The notes below the pieces were generated by a model. The model did no database searches. It was not told where the DNA came from and was given only the letters and a program-made list of their open reading frames with translations. 64,000 nt of DNA from an uncultured Bacteroides sp. (GTDB taxonomy: Bacteria > Bacillota > Clostridia > Oscillospirales > Acutalibacteraceae), in the NCBI GenBank assembly GCA_964396885.1, contig CAYNGP010000001.1:4766-68765 (forward strand), read 5' to 3'. A program made the position numbers and the translations under genes. Shown in pieces: positions 1-9,217 of the stretch (position 1 is its first letter; each line of letters opens with the position of its first letter).

Positions 1-2
1 CA

Positions 3-1130
3 CGCACGCAACAGGGTAAAGATCTTTGGATTAATATGACCTGTTACGTGCACCCATCACCATGGTGGCTGCAATACATTAACAGCATCTGGCTGCAAAA
101 CAGTCAGGATATAGGCTTTGCCGATAATCTTGAGCACCAGTCACAGCTTGACCGAGAGCTGACATACCGTGACGGCAGATATTACAACTCTCTGTGCACA
201 AGAGCCTGGCAGATACCTCAAAGATATATCTATAACCACGAGCCGATTTATGGTACTGAGGCAAAGGTTAATTATTCTGACGAGGAATTTGAAAAATATT
301 TATTCTTCAATGCCTGCCGAGGTCAGGCGCTCAATGAGCTGCACCTCAGCTACACTATGATGAATAAAACCAAGTGGCGTATTCTTTCAAAGGTAATACA
401 GTGGCAAAAAAGCAACTTTGACATTTTAAGAAATGCAATGATGCTTGGCGGTAATCCTGAAGAAAATAATGTATATGGTTATTTCAGCTGGAATGATAAA
501 GGCGACGGAATTATTGCACTCAGAAATCCAACCGACGAAAAGGCACCGCTGACACTGACACTGAACAAACTTATGGGCTGCCCTGAAAATTTGAAAAACG
601 TCAACCGTTTCAATGTTTATAACGAGGGTGCAAGTGAAAACTTTGACAGCTATTCATATGGTGACAAAATTGATTTAACACTCAAACCATTTGAAATCAA
701 AGTGCTTCAGTTCGGTAAAAGTGACAGAAGATACGACTACCTTGAAGCAACCAATGATTTCACGGTTTCATTTAAATATAACAGCAATGAAGAAAACTGC
801 TCAATCTGTGAAAACAGTGATATCAGAATTGCTGTTGAGGACGGATATATAAAAATCAAATGCGATACTGCTACGCTTAGCTCAAAGAATAAGATAACAG
901 GCAGTGAACACAAGATAACCGTTGTAAGAGAAAAGAATAAAATGGTTAAGCTTTATATTGATAAAACCCTTGACGGCTCAGCTTATGACACAGCTGCCAA
1001 AGGTGAAATTGATACTGAGCTTGTAAGCGATGCATTGGAATTCAGCGCTATCAACAAAGCAACCTCCTACGAGGAAATTGTTGCACTGAAAAGAGTACTA
1101 ACTAAAGCTGTTAAAAGGAGGAGCTACTAA
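3..1130 (+). CDS. 5'-truncated putative glycoside hydrolase (alpha-galactosidase/alpha-N-acetylgalactosaminidase-like) with C-terminal beta-sandwich/LamG-like region
   Basis: Frame is open from the window edge (RTQQGKDLWINMTCY...). Trp/Tyr-rich segment PSPWWLQYINSIWLQ...YNHEPIYG, GH C-terminal-like strands (GIIALRNP...LTLKPFEIKVL) and a LamG-like tail (HKITVVRE...KLYID). Confidence 0.5.
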   Translation, partial: RTQQGKDLWINMTCYVHPSPWWLQYINSIWLQNSQDIGFADNLEHQSQLDRELTYRDGRYYNSLCTRAWQIPQRYIYNHEPIYGTEAKVNYSDEEFEKYLFFNACRGQALNELHLSYTMMNKTKWRILSKVIQWQKSNFDILRNAMMLGGNPEENNVYGYFSWNDKGDGIIALRNPTDEKAPLTLTLNKLMGCPENLKNVNRFNVYNEGASENFDSYSYGDKIDLTLKPFEIKVLQFGKSDRRYDYLEATNDFTVSFKYNSNEENCSICENSDIRIAVEDGYIKIKCDTATLSSKNKITGSEHKITVVREKNKMVKLYIDKTLDGSAYDTAAKGEIDTELVSDALEFSAINKATSYEEIVALKRVLTKAVKRRSY

Positions 1131-1131
1131 T

Positions 1132-1893
1132 ATGAAATGCAAAAAATGCGGCAGTGATGCCTTAATCAAAAAAAATGACTGGTACGAATGTGCCAGCTGC
1201 GGTGCAACTATGTTTGACACCGATGTGAAAATCAATGATGTTGAAAGCCCTACAAAAGAGGTTGAACGATTAGAACAGGCGGAGGAAGGTAAGGAAAGCA
1301 CATATAAAACCTATAATCCAAATAAGCCTGACGAAAATGATATTAACGAAGAAAAAAAGCCCAAAAGCAAATTACGTGAGGCAATAGAATTTTTAATTCC
1401 CATTGTTGTTGCGGTAATTATTGCAATCATTTTAAAATCTGTTGTTTTTGCAAATGCAGTAGTTCCTACGGGCTCAATGCTTAACACAATTCACGAGGGT
1501 GACAGAATTATTGCCAGCAGGCTTGCTTATATTAATGACGACCCTCAAAGATATGATGTTATCATTTTCAATTATCCGGATGATGAAAAACAGATTTATG
1601 TTAAGCGTGTTATAGGTCTGCCGGGTGAAACCGTTCAGATTGTTAATGGTATTGTATATGTTACAAAGCCGGACGGCGAAATAATTCAACTGGATGACAG
1701 CTTTGTTACTAACTGTACACCTGAAGGTGATTTCGGACCATTTGAGGTACCTGCTGACAGCTATTTTATGATGGGCGACAACAGAAATACCAGTTGGGAT
1801 GCAAGATTCTGGGAAAACAAATATGTTCATAAGAGTAAAATTTTAGGTAAAGTTAAATTTAAGTACTATCCAAGTTTCGGCAAAATTGAGTAA
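1132..1893 (+). CDS. lepB: Signal peptidase I with N-terminal CxxC-CxxC zinc ribbon
   Basis: VPTGSMLNT (catalytic Ser), YVKRVIGLPGE (Lys), MGDNRNTSWDAR box and one TM helix. N-terminus CKKC...CASC. AGGAGG upstream. Confidence 0.92.
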   Translation: MKCKKCGSDALIKKNDWYECASCGATMFDTDVKINDVESPTKEVERLEQAEEGKESTYKTYNPNKPDENDINEEKKPKSKLREAIEFLIPIVVAVIIAIILKSVVFANAVVPTGSMLNTIHEGDRIIASRLAYINDDPQRYDVIIFNYPDDEKQIYVKRVIGLPGETVQIVNGIVYVTKPDGEIIQLDDSFVTNCTPEGDFGPFEVPADSYFMMGDNRNTSWDARFWENKYVHKSKILGKVKFKYYPSFGKIE

Positions 1894-1912
1894 TCTTACA
1901 GAGGGGAAAAAT

Positions 1913-3403
1913 ATGAGCCAGACTAATTATGTTCCTAAGAAAGAGAGATGGGCATTCAGCATCGGTGCAATGGGTCAGGGTATGATTTATGCAATGATGT
2001 CAAGCTACATCAGCGACTATTATTTGAACGTTCTTCAGCTTGCACCTATGTTTGTGCTGCTGCTTATGCTTTTGGCAAGAGTGTGGGATGCGATCAACGA
2101 TCCGCTTATGGGTATGATTGTTGACAGACGCACTACCAAACGCGGCAAAATGAAGCCGTACATACTTTACGCATCCATTCCCATAGGTGTTTTAACCATA
2201 CTGATGTATTTCAGCCCTGATATCAGTAAAGGGGCAATGATGTTATATGCAGCTATTGTTTATGTTCTTTGGGGTATGAGCTACACTATGGCGGATGTTC
2301 CCTTCTGGAGTCTTCCGAATGTTATGACTCCGGATGCCGAGGAACGAAGCTCAACAATTTCCTTCTCACGAATATTAAATGGTATAGGCTCTGCTGTGCC
2401 CGAAGTTTTATTCCTTGTTATCGGTTTGGTTTTGCCGAATATTCTCGGTGCTTCTGACGGACTTGAATACAACAAAACCAAGTATCTTATTATGGCAATA
2501 TTCACCGTCGTAATCGGCTTATTGCTTTATTCAAGAACTTATTTCAACGTTAAAGAGAGAGTTGTTATTCCTGACGTTAAGCCTGTAAAGGGCGAGCCGT
2601 CAAGGCTTTCACGTATTTTCAAATGCAAACCGCTTATGCTGGTTATTTTAATGGGTGTGCTTTCAAGCGGAAGATATATGGTGCAGGCAGCAGCTGTTCA
2701 CGTTGCTCGATATGCCTTTTATATCGGTGCACCGCTGGAGGGTATGACCGATGCAGAAAGAATTGCTGCAATTGAAGCCAGCGTATCATCCGTCAAAACA
2801 ATTTTCCAGGTTTGTGCAATCGTTGGTATGTTTGGTGCAATGCTTGTTATGCCTGCACTTATGAAGCGCTTTGACTACAAAAAAATTGTTATTGTTACCT
2901 GTATGGCAGGCTTTGTGGCAAGCATTTGCACCACACTAATCGGCTGGTTTACAATGAACTTATATATTTGTATTCCGTTCATTTTAATCTCCTGCATTCC
3001 TTTAGGTGTGCTCAATGTTATCAGCTACGCTATGATTTGCGACTGCCTTGACTATATGGAGCTGAAAACAGGCTTCAGGGACAATGCTTTAGGCTCTGCC
3101 TGTCAGGGCTTCGTTAACAAGCTCGGCAACGCATTTGCAACATCAGGCATTGTTGTGATGTATATGTTCATCGGTCTTGAGCCTGAAAAAATGCTCAGCT
3201 CAGACGTTATTATGGCTGCAACTGATTTAGCAATGACCCAGCGTTTTGCCATGTTCTCACTTGTTTCAATTGTTCCCGGTATCAGCATGCTGCTTTGTGC
3301 AATACCAATGTTCTTCTATAAAATCAGTGGCAAGGAAAAGGAAAGAATCCAAACCGAGCTTGCTGAACAGCGTAAAGCAAGAGGAATCAAAATAGGTGAC
3401 TGA
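1913..3403 (+). CDS. MFS glycoside-pentoside-hexuronide (GPH) cation symporter
   Basis: ARVWDAINDPLMGMIVDR...GKMKPY GPH signature and about 12 hydrophobic segments. ATG at 1913 follows GAGGGG. Confidence 0.9.
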   Translation: MSQTNYVPKKERWAFSIGAMGQGMIYAMMSSYISDYYLNVLQLAPMFVLLLMLLARVWDAINDPLMGMIVDRRTTKRGKMKPYILYASIPIGVLTILMYFSPDISKGAMMLYAAIVYVLWGMSYTMADVPFWSLPNVMTPDAEERSSTISFSRILNGIGSAVPEVLFLVIGLVLPNILGASDGLEYNKTKYLIMAIFTVVIGLLLYSRTYFNVKERVVIPDVKPVKGEPSRLSRIFKCKPLMLVILMGVLSSGRYMVQAAAVHVARYAFYIGAPLEGMTDAERIAAIEASVSSVKTIFQVCAIVGMFGAMLVMPALMKRFDYKKIVIVTCMAGFVASICTTLIGWFTMNLYICIPFILISCIPLGVLNVISYAMICDCLDYMELKTGFRDNALGSACQGFVNKLGNAFATSGIVVMYMFIGLEPEKMLSSDVIMAATDLAMTQRFAMFSLVSIVPGISMLLCAIPMFFYKISGKEKERIQTELAEQRKARGIKIGD

Positions 3404-3405
3404 TT

Positions 3406-4356
3406 ATGAATAAAAAGCTGTTCGCTTTAGGTGCAGTCGGAGCAGGAATTATTGCAGGTACTGCACTCCACGGCTATATGGATGTTATGGCAAGAGAAAG
3501 CAAGTTCAAATCCCTTATCGGCTACCTTGCCACTAAAGATGAAAACAAAGGACCAAATGAATTTCTTGAATTTAACCGTTCAAAGCATGAATGGATTCAA
3601 TCTCAGAATAACAAAAGAATAACCATAAAATCGCACCGTAACAAGGATTTAGTCGGCTATCTCACCTACCCTGCAACAGAAAGCAAGGTATTTGTAGTGT
3701 TTGCCCATGGTCATCACACCGACCATAACGGTGACCCTGCAAACTTTTTACAGTATTATGTTGAAAAGGGTTATAACTTTCTTGCAATGGATCATGTATC
3801 CTGTGGTGAGAGTAAGGGCAGCTTCACTGGCTTTGACTACTTTGAGCATAAGGACTGCCTGCTCTGGATTGATTATTTAATCAATCGTTTCGGCAACGAT
3901 ATAAAAATAATTCTTCACGGTGTGTCCATGGGCGGTGCTACGGTTTGTAAAATGATAAGCAAGGTGCCCCCACAGGTTAAGCTTGCTGTTGCAGACTGCC
4001 CCTACACCAGTGCCATTGAAGAATTTGAGGTAACTGTTAAGAGTGTTGGGATTAAAAATCCACAGCCTTTAGTAAAAATATTTAATACTGCAAACAAGGT
4101 AATTGCAGGCTATGACCTTAACGATACAGAGGTCAGGAGCTCGGTACTGCAGGCAAGAGCACCGATGCTTTTTGTTCACGGTGATAATGACGGACTTGTT
4201 CCCACAAATATGGGCATTGAGCTTTATGAGCTTTGTTCAGCACCAAAAGAGCTTTTCATTGTCAGCGGCGCAGGGCACGCAGATTCAATCCGTATCAATG
4301 AAGCAGGCTACCACAAAAAGCTTGATAAATTTATTAATAAATATTTAGGAGTGTAA
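3406..4356 (+). CDS. Alpha/beta hydrolase (serine esterase/lipase) with N-terminal membrane anchor
   Basis: GVSMGG nucleophile elbow, HGDND and GAGH complete the triad. Hydrophobic N-terminus. Confidence 0.88.
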   Translation: MNKKLFALGAVGAGIIAGTALHGYMDVMARESKFKSLIGYLATKDENKGPNEFLEFNRSKHEWIQSQNNKRITIKSHRNKDLVGYLTYPATESKVFVVFAHGHHTDHNGDPANFLQYYVEKGYNFLAMDHVSCGESKGSFTGFDYFEHKDCLLWIDYLINRFGNDIKIILHGVSMGGATVCKMISKVPPQVKLAVADCPYTSAIEEFEVTVKSVGIKNPQPLVKIFNTANKVIAGYDLNDTEVRSSVLQARAPMLFVHGDNDGLVPTNMGIELYELCSAPKELFIVSGAGHADSIRINEAGYHKKLDKFINKYLGV

Positions 4357-4358
4357 TT

Positions 4359-4694
4359 ATGCCATTTATTGAAGTTAAAACAAACCAGACTATATCAGAC
4401 AAAACCGCTTTAAAATCCGCCCTTGGCGAGGCAATCACAGCTATCCCAGGTAAAAGCGAGGCTTGGCTTATGGTTGAGCTTGAGGGTGAAAAGGATATGT
4501 ATTTTAAAGGCAGCGACGAGCCATGTGCTATGTTTGAAATCGCTATCTTCGGCAAAGCAAGTGATGATGCATACGACGATTTAACAAAACGAATTTGCGA
4601 TGTCAGCGAAAAGCTGTTAGGTGTATCTGCTGACAGAACATACGTTAAATACAGTGAAATTGATCACTGGGGCTTTAATAATTTTAATTTCTGA
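4359..4694 (+). CDS. MIF/phenylpyruvate tautomerase family protein
   Basis: N-terminal catalytic Pro (MPFIEVKTN), IPGKSEAWLMV and C-terminal WGFN; 111 aa. Confidence 0.85.
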   Translation: MPFIEVKTNQTISDKTALKSALGEAITAIPGKSEAWLMVELEGEKDMYFKGSDEPCAMFEIAIFGKASDDAYDDLTKRICDVSEKLLGVSADRTYVKYSEIDHWGFNNFNF

Positions 4695-4724
4695 TAATAT
4701 TAAAACATGTCATAACAAAGACTT

Positions 4725-4760
4725 TAAGCCAAAGGACAATATTGTTCTTTGGCTTATTTT
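4725..4760 (+). terminator. Intrinsic terminator
   Basis: TAAGCCAAAGGACAAT/ATTGTTCTTTGGCTTA hairpin followed by a T-run. Confidence 0.7.
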
Positions 4761-4809
4761 GTGATATAATTTCGTTAACGGATAAATTGGAATTTAGAGG
4801 AGGTATCTT

Positions 4810-5211
4810 ATGAGATTAGACGGCTTTGGATTGTTGGTTAATGATATGGGTAAAATGATTCGATTTTATAGAGATGTACTTGGTTTTGAAATTAAAGAAG
4901 ATGAAAGCACATCCAATGTATATTTGGTAAAGGACGGTACATTGTTTTTACTTTATGGAAGAGCAGATTTTGAAAAAATGACGAATAGAAAATACGAATA
5001 TCTTAAAAGCGTAAATGGTCATTTTGAAATTGCATTATATGTAGATACATTTGAGGAAGTAGATACTGAATATCACAAAGCAATCTCCAAAGGAGCAACA
5101 TCTATATTAGAGCCTACAACAGAGCCTTGGGGACAAAGAACCTGTTATATTGCTGATCCGGAAGGAAATCTGATAGAGATTGGTTCGTTCAACAAACCGT
5201 TTGACCGATAA
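4810..5211 (+). CDS. VOC (glyoxalase/bleomycin resistance) family protein
   Basis: FYRDVLGF and EPWGQRTCYIADPEGNLIEI motifs. GAGGAGG RBS; extended -10 TGATATAAT at about 4762-4770. Confidence 0.9.
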   Translation: MRLDGFGLLVNDMGKMIRFYRDVLGFEIKEDESTSNVYLVKDGTLFLLYGRADFEKMTNRKYEYLKSVNGHFEIALYVDTFEEVDTEYHKAISKGATSILEPTTEPWGQRTCYIADPEGNLIEIGSFNKPFDR

Positions 5212-5227
5212 ATTCCAAAAAATAAAC

Positions 5228-5266
5228 AAAACCCACTGAGCAACACACGTCACTCAGTGGGTTTAA
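5228..5266. terminator. Bidirectional terminator between convergent genes
   Basis: AAACCCACTGAG...CTCAGTGGGTTT inverted repeat. Confidence 0.75.
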
Positions 5267-5276
5267 TATTTTATAA

Positions 5277-7931
5277 TTACTTATTAAGCTTTCTTTGAAT
5301 TGCTTTAACGATTTCAACAATCGGAATAACAAGCACTGCCAACGCAAGAGATATTGCATATTCAATCAAGCTGATGTGTGCAAAATCAAATGCTTCTGCA
5401 AGGAATGGGATATAAATAACAACTGTTGAAAGCACAAGGCTGAGAACCATTGCACCCACCAAATACCAGTTGACACTGCCCATTTTTGCAATGGTCTGAC
5501 GGCGTGAACGCATATTGAAAGAATGGAAGATTTCTGACATTGCAAGAGTCAAGAACGCCATTGTCATACCATTCTGGTGGATAAGCTCCTCTGAGCCGTG
5601 TGCAAGCGCAACACCAAGCTGATTTGTACCGAAGAAATAAGCGAGGAGTGTAAGCGCTGTTACCATTAAACCCTGATAAACACAGTCAAAGCCCATACCA
5701 CCTGCAAAAATTCCTTCCTTGGAATTTCTCGGCTGGCGTTTCATAATGTCCCTTTCGCCCTTTTCAAGACCAAGAGCAAGAGCAGGCAGACAGTCGGTAA
5801 TCAGGTTAATCCAAAGCAAATGAACAGGCTCAAAAATTGTAAAGCCCATTAAGGTTGCAATGAAGATTGTAACGACCTCACTGAGGTTTGATGAAAGCAG
5901 AAACTGAATGGAATTACGAATGTTATCATAAATTCTTCTGCCCTCTTCAACGGCTGAAACAATTGTTGCAAAGTTATCATCAGCAAGCACCATATCAGCA
6001 ACATTTTTAGTTACATCAGTACCTGTAATACCCATACCAACACCAATGTCGGCATTTTTGATTGACGGAGCATCGTTAACACCATCACCTGTCATAGCGG
6101 TGATTTTGCCTTTAGCTTTCCAAGCCTTAACAATTCTTACCTTATGCTCAGGCTGTACACGAGCATATACAGAATACTTTTCAATTTCTCGGTCAAGGTC
6201 TTCGTCACTGATTTTGTTAAGCTCAGCACCTGTGATTGCACCGCTTGCATCATCAATGATTCCAAGCTCTCTGGCAATAGCTACTGCCGTATCCTTATGG
6301 TCACCTGTAATCATAATCGGTCTGATACCTGCCTGACGGCACTCCTTAATAGCGTCCATAACCTCAGGTCTTACAGGGTCAATCATACCTGTTAAGCCGA
6401 CATAACAAAGATTTTGTTCAAGCGCATCTGCATCTTCACTTTCAGGCTTTTCCTTATAAACACGCATAGCACCGCAAAGCACACGAAGTGCCTTGTCTGC
6501 CATTTCTTTATTATCTGCAAGGATTTCTGCACGTTTTTCATCCGTCATAGGAAGCTGCTTGCCATCCTCGTAATATGCTGTGCAGCGTGCCAGAACAACA
6601 TCAGGGGCACCCTTAGTATACTGAATATAACCATTTTCGCTCTTATGAACGGTTGACATCATTTTTCGCATTGAATCAAATGGTGCTTCCATCACTCTTG
6701 GGAATGAAGACTCAAGCTTTGACTTAGGAAGCTCTAACTTATCAGCATAAGCAACAAGTGCAGCCTCAGTAGGCTCACCCTTTACAGTACCGTCATCCTG
6801 AAGCTGAGCATCACAGCAAAGCGCCATAGCAGATGCAAGGAGTTTTTCATCAGCACCCTTATATTCAACAACAGTCATCTTGTTCTGGGTAAGTGTACCT
6901 GTTTTATCAGAACAGATAATCTGTGTACAGCCAAGGGTTTCAACGGCTGTCATTTTTCTGATAACCGCATTTCGCTTACTCATTTTTGTAACACCGATTG
7001 AAAGCACAATGGTTACAACAGCGGCAAGCCCCTCAGGAATAGCTGCAACAGCAAGTGAAACAGCAACCATAAATGTATCCAGAACTGTATTGAAGTTAAC
7101 TGCATCACCTGCTATAAATGAACGAACTATATCAAAAACAAAAATAAATACACAAATGCCCAAAACAAGAATAGACAGAATCTTTGAAAGCTGGTTGAGC
7201 TTTATCTGTAAAGGTGTATCACCATCCTCAGCCTGCTCAAGGGCATCTGCAATCTTGCCCATTTCGGTATCCATACCTGTTGCAGTAACTACGGCTCTGC
7301 CATGGCCATAAACTACATTTGAGCCCATATAGCACATATTCTTTCTGTCACCGAGAGGAACATCATCACTGCCCAGCGGATCAATGGCTTCTACCTGCTT
7401 ATTAACAGGAACAGACTCACCTGTAAGTGCAGCCTCTTCAATCTTCATTGAAGCACAGCTGATAATTCGGCAATCGGCGGGAACGCTGTCACCTGCTTCA
7501 AGCTCAACAACGTCACCCACAACAAGCTCCTCACTTTTAATATCAATCAGCTTGCCGTCACGGTAAACCTTTGAGGTTGCAGCAGCAATTTCCTGCAATG
7601 CTTCAATCGCTTTTTCTGCCTTTTGCTCCTGAACAACACCAAGTACTGCATTGAGCAGAACAACAAACATAATGATGAAAACATCTGTAAATCCCTCACC
7701 GCTGACAGCACCTGTAATGGCAGAAATAACAGCAGCAACGATAAGTATAATGATCATCGGGTCAGCAAGCTGACTTAAAAACTTATGAATAATGGATTCC
7801 TTTTTACCCTCTGCCAGCTTGTTTTTACCGTTTTTCTCAAGCCTTGAATTTGCTTCAGCAGTAGTCAATCCGCTTTCGCCGGACTTGATTTCATCAAAAA
7901 CAGCACTTGTGTCCTTCAAATACTCCTTCAT
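5277..7931 (-). CDS. P2A-type cation-transporting P-type ATPase (Ca2+/Mn2+, YoaB-like)
   Basis: TGES, IPEGL, DKTGTLT, KGAPD and GDGVND motifs; preceded by a yybP-ykoY riboswitch. Confidence 0.93.
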   Translation of the reverse strand: MKEYLKDTSAVFDEIKSGESGLTTAEANSRLEKNGKNKLAEGKKESIIHKFLSQLADPMIIILIVAAVISAITGAVSGEGFTDVFIIMFVVLLNAVLGVVQEQKAEKAIEALQEIAAATSKVYRDGKLIDIKSEELVVGDVVELEAGDSVPADCRIISCASMKIEEAALTGESVPVNKQVEAIDPLGSDDVPLGDRKNMCYMGSNVVYGHGRAVVTATGMDTEMGKIADALEQAEDGDTPLQIKLNQLSKILSILVLGICVFIFVFDIVRSFIAGDAVNFNTVLDTFMVAVSLAVAAIPEGLAAVVTIVLSIGVTKMSKRNAVIRKMTAVETLGCTQIICSDKTGTLTQNKMTVVEYKGADEKLLASAMALCCDAQLQDDGTVKGEPTEAALVAYADKLELPKSKLESSFPRVMEAPFDSMRKMMSTVHKSENGYIQYTKGAPDVVLARCTAYYEDGKQLPMTDEKRAEILADNKEMADKALRVLCGAMRVYKEKPESEDADALEQNLCYVGLTGMIDPVRPEVMDAIKECRQAGIRPIMITGDHKDTAVAIARELGIIDDASGAITGAELNKISDEDLDREIEKYSVYARVQPEHKVRIVKAWKAKGKITAMTGDGVNDAPSIKNADIGVGMGITGTDVTKNVADMVLADDNFATIVSAVEEGRRIYDNIRNSIQFLLSSNLSEVVTIFIATLMGFTIFEPVHLLWINLITDCLPALALGLEKGERDIMKRQPRNSKEGIFAGGMGFDCVYQGLMVTALTLLAYFFGTNQLGVALAHGSEELIHQNGMTMAFLTLAMSEIFHSFNMRSRRQTIAKMGSVNWYLVGAMVLSLVLSTVVIYIPFLAEAFDFAHISLIEYAISLALAVLVIPIVEIVKAIQRKLNK

Positions 7932-7962
7932 ACTAAGACCCCTTTTGAAAAATTAAATAAAT

Positions 7963-7996
7963 AAAAACCCGTACATAGTATTACACTATGTACGAG
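7963..7996 (-). terminator. Riboswitch expression-platform terminator
   Basis: Minus strand CTCGTACATAGTGTAATACTATGTACGGGTTTTT; overlaps the 3' strand of the aptamer P1. Confidence 0.8.
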
Positions 7997-8086
7997 TCTC
8001 ATTCTTAAAAACTAAACCAGCCGATAAACGGCAAGCTGTTGATTTAGCTCACACTATGTAAATGATGTGTGGAACTACTCCCTCGA
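7992..8086 (-). ncRNA. yybP-ykoY (Mn2+-sensing) riboswitch
   Basis: Minus strand CGAGGGAGTAG...AATCAACA...TGAGACTCG matches the yybP-ykoY core; lies between a promoter and a P-type ATPase. Confidence 0.8.
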
Positions 8087-8095
8087 ACAGCAAAC

Positions 8096-8124
8096 ATTAT
8101 ACCACAAAATGGTAAAAAAGTCAA
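8096..8124 (-). promoter_or_regulatory. SigmaA promoter for riboswitch/ATPase
   Basis: TTGACT-17 bp-TATAAT with TG extension on the minus strand. Confidence 0.75.
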
Positions 8125-8178
8125 TATTTAAATAGCCTATTGTCTATTAAATCAAGGTTAAATATTTATTAAATTCAT

Positions 8179-9195
8179 TTAAACTCTTGCAACCATTTCA
8201 CCATATTCTTCTTTGCTCTTTTTGATGAAATCCTCAACCTGCTTTGCAGAAGGCATAGCATCTGAACAAGAGTGAGCTGAAATAAGAATTGAAGCAGAAG
8301 CTGAACCGAACTCAAGACACTCAATAATTTCCTTGCCCTGAAGAAGGCTGTAAAGGAATGATGAGCCGTAGCCGTCGCCACCGCCAAAGCCCTTAAGCTT
8401 AACAGCAGGGAATGGCTTGATTGAATAGAACTTGCCATCATTAGTATATGCAGTTGAGCCCTCTTTACCGTGCTTAATTACACAAATTGTTGCACCAAAT
8501 GACTGCCAATATTTAGCAGACTCAGGGTCACTGTCCTTAACGCCAACAATACCCTCTGTCAAATCAAATTCCTCACGTGAACCCATAATAATATCGGCAT
8601 TCTGTGCAACAAGGCTGTAGTAAACTGCGATTTCATCCTTTGAAGTCCAGGTGTATTCACGGTAGTCAATATCAAAAATGATTCTGACATTATTCTTTTT
8701 AGCAAGCATCATAGCCTTAAGGCAAGCCTCACGTGAAGGTGATTTTGCAAGAGCAGTACCACTGATAACAATAGCCTTTGCTGATGCAATATACTCCTCC
8801 TTAATATCCTCAGGCGCCATACAGAAATCAGCAACATTGTCACGATACATAAGGATTGATGACTCATCCTTTGAAAGAATTTCAGTAAAGGTTAAGCCAA
8901 GGCACTCACCATTCTTTGCCCTTGTAATCTGGCTGGTATCAATACCCTCTTTATCAAAATAATTAACAACAAAATCGCCGAACTGGTCATTGCTTACGCA
9001 GCCACAGAAACCAACCTTGCAGCCAAGACGAGCAAGACCAACTGCAATATTTGCAGGTGAGCCGCCAACATACTTGTTAAAGTTTGATGACTCGCTCAGC
9101 GGCATATACATATCAGTCGGATTAAAGTCAATAGCGATTCTGCCGATTGGAATAAAATCCAATGGTTTTGACATATCAAATGTAATGTAGTTCAT
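8179..9195 (-). CDS. iolC: 5-dehydro-2-deoxygluconokinase (PfkB family)
   Basis: IGRIAIDFNP, KYVGGSPANIAVGLARLG, FDIDYR and GGGDGY motifs typical of IolC. Confidence 0.88.
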   Translation of the reverse strand: MNYITFDMSKPLDFIPIGRIAIDFNPTDMYMPLSESSNFNKYVGGSPANIAVGLARLGCKVGFCGCVSNDQFGDFVVNYFDKEGIDTSQITRAKNGECLGLTFTEILSKDESSILMYRDNVADFCMAPEDIKEEYIASAKAIVISGTALAKSPSREACLKAMMLAKKNNVRIIFDIDYREYTWTSKDEIAVYYSLVAQNADIIMGSREEFDLTEGIVGVKDSDPESAKYWQSFGATICVIKHGKEGSTAYTNDGKFYSIKPFPAVKLKGFGGGDGYGSSFLYSLLQGKEIIECLEFGSASASILISAHSCSDAMPSAKQVEDFIKKSKEEYGEMVARV

Positions 9196-9217
9196 AATTT
9201 TTACCTCTTCAATTTAG

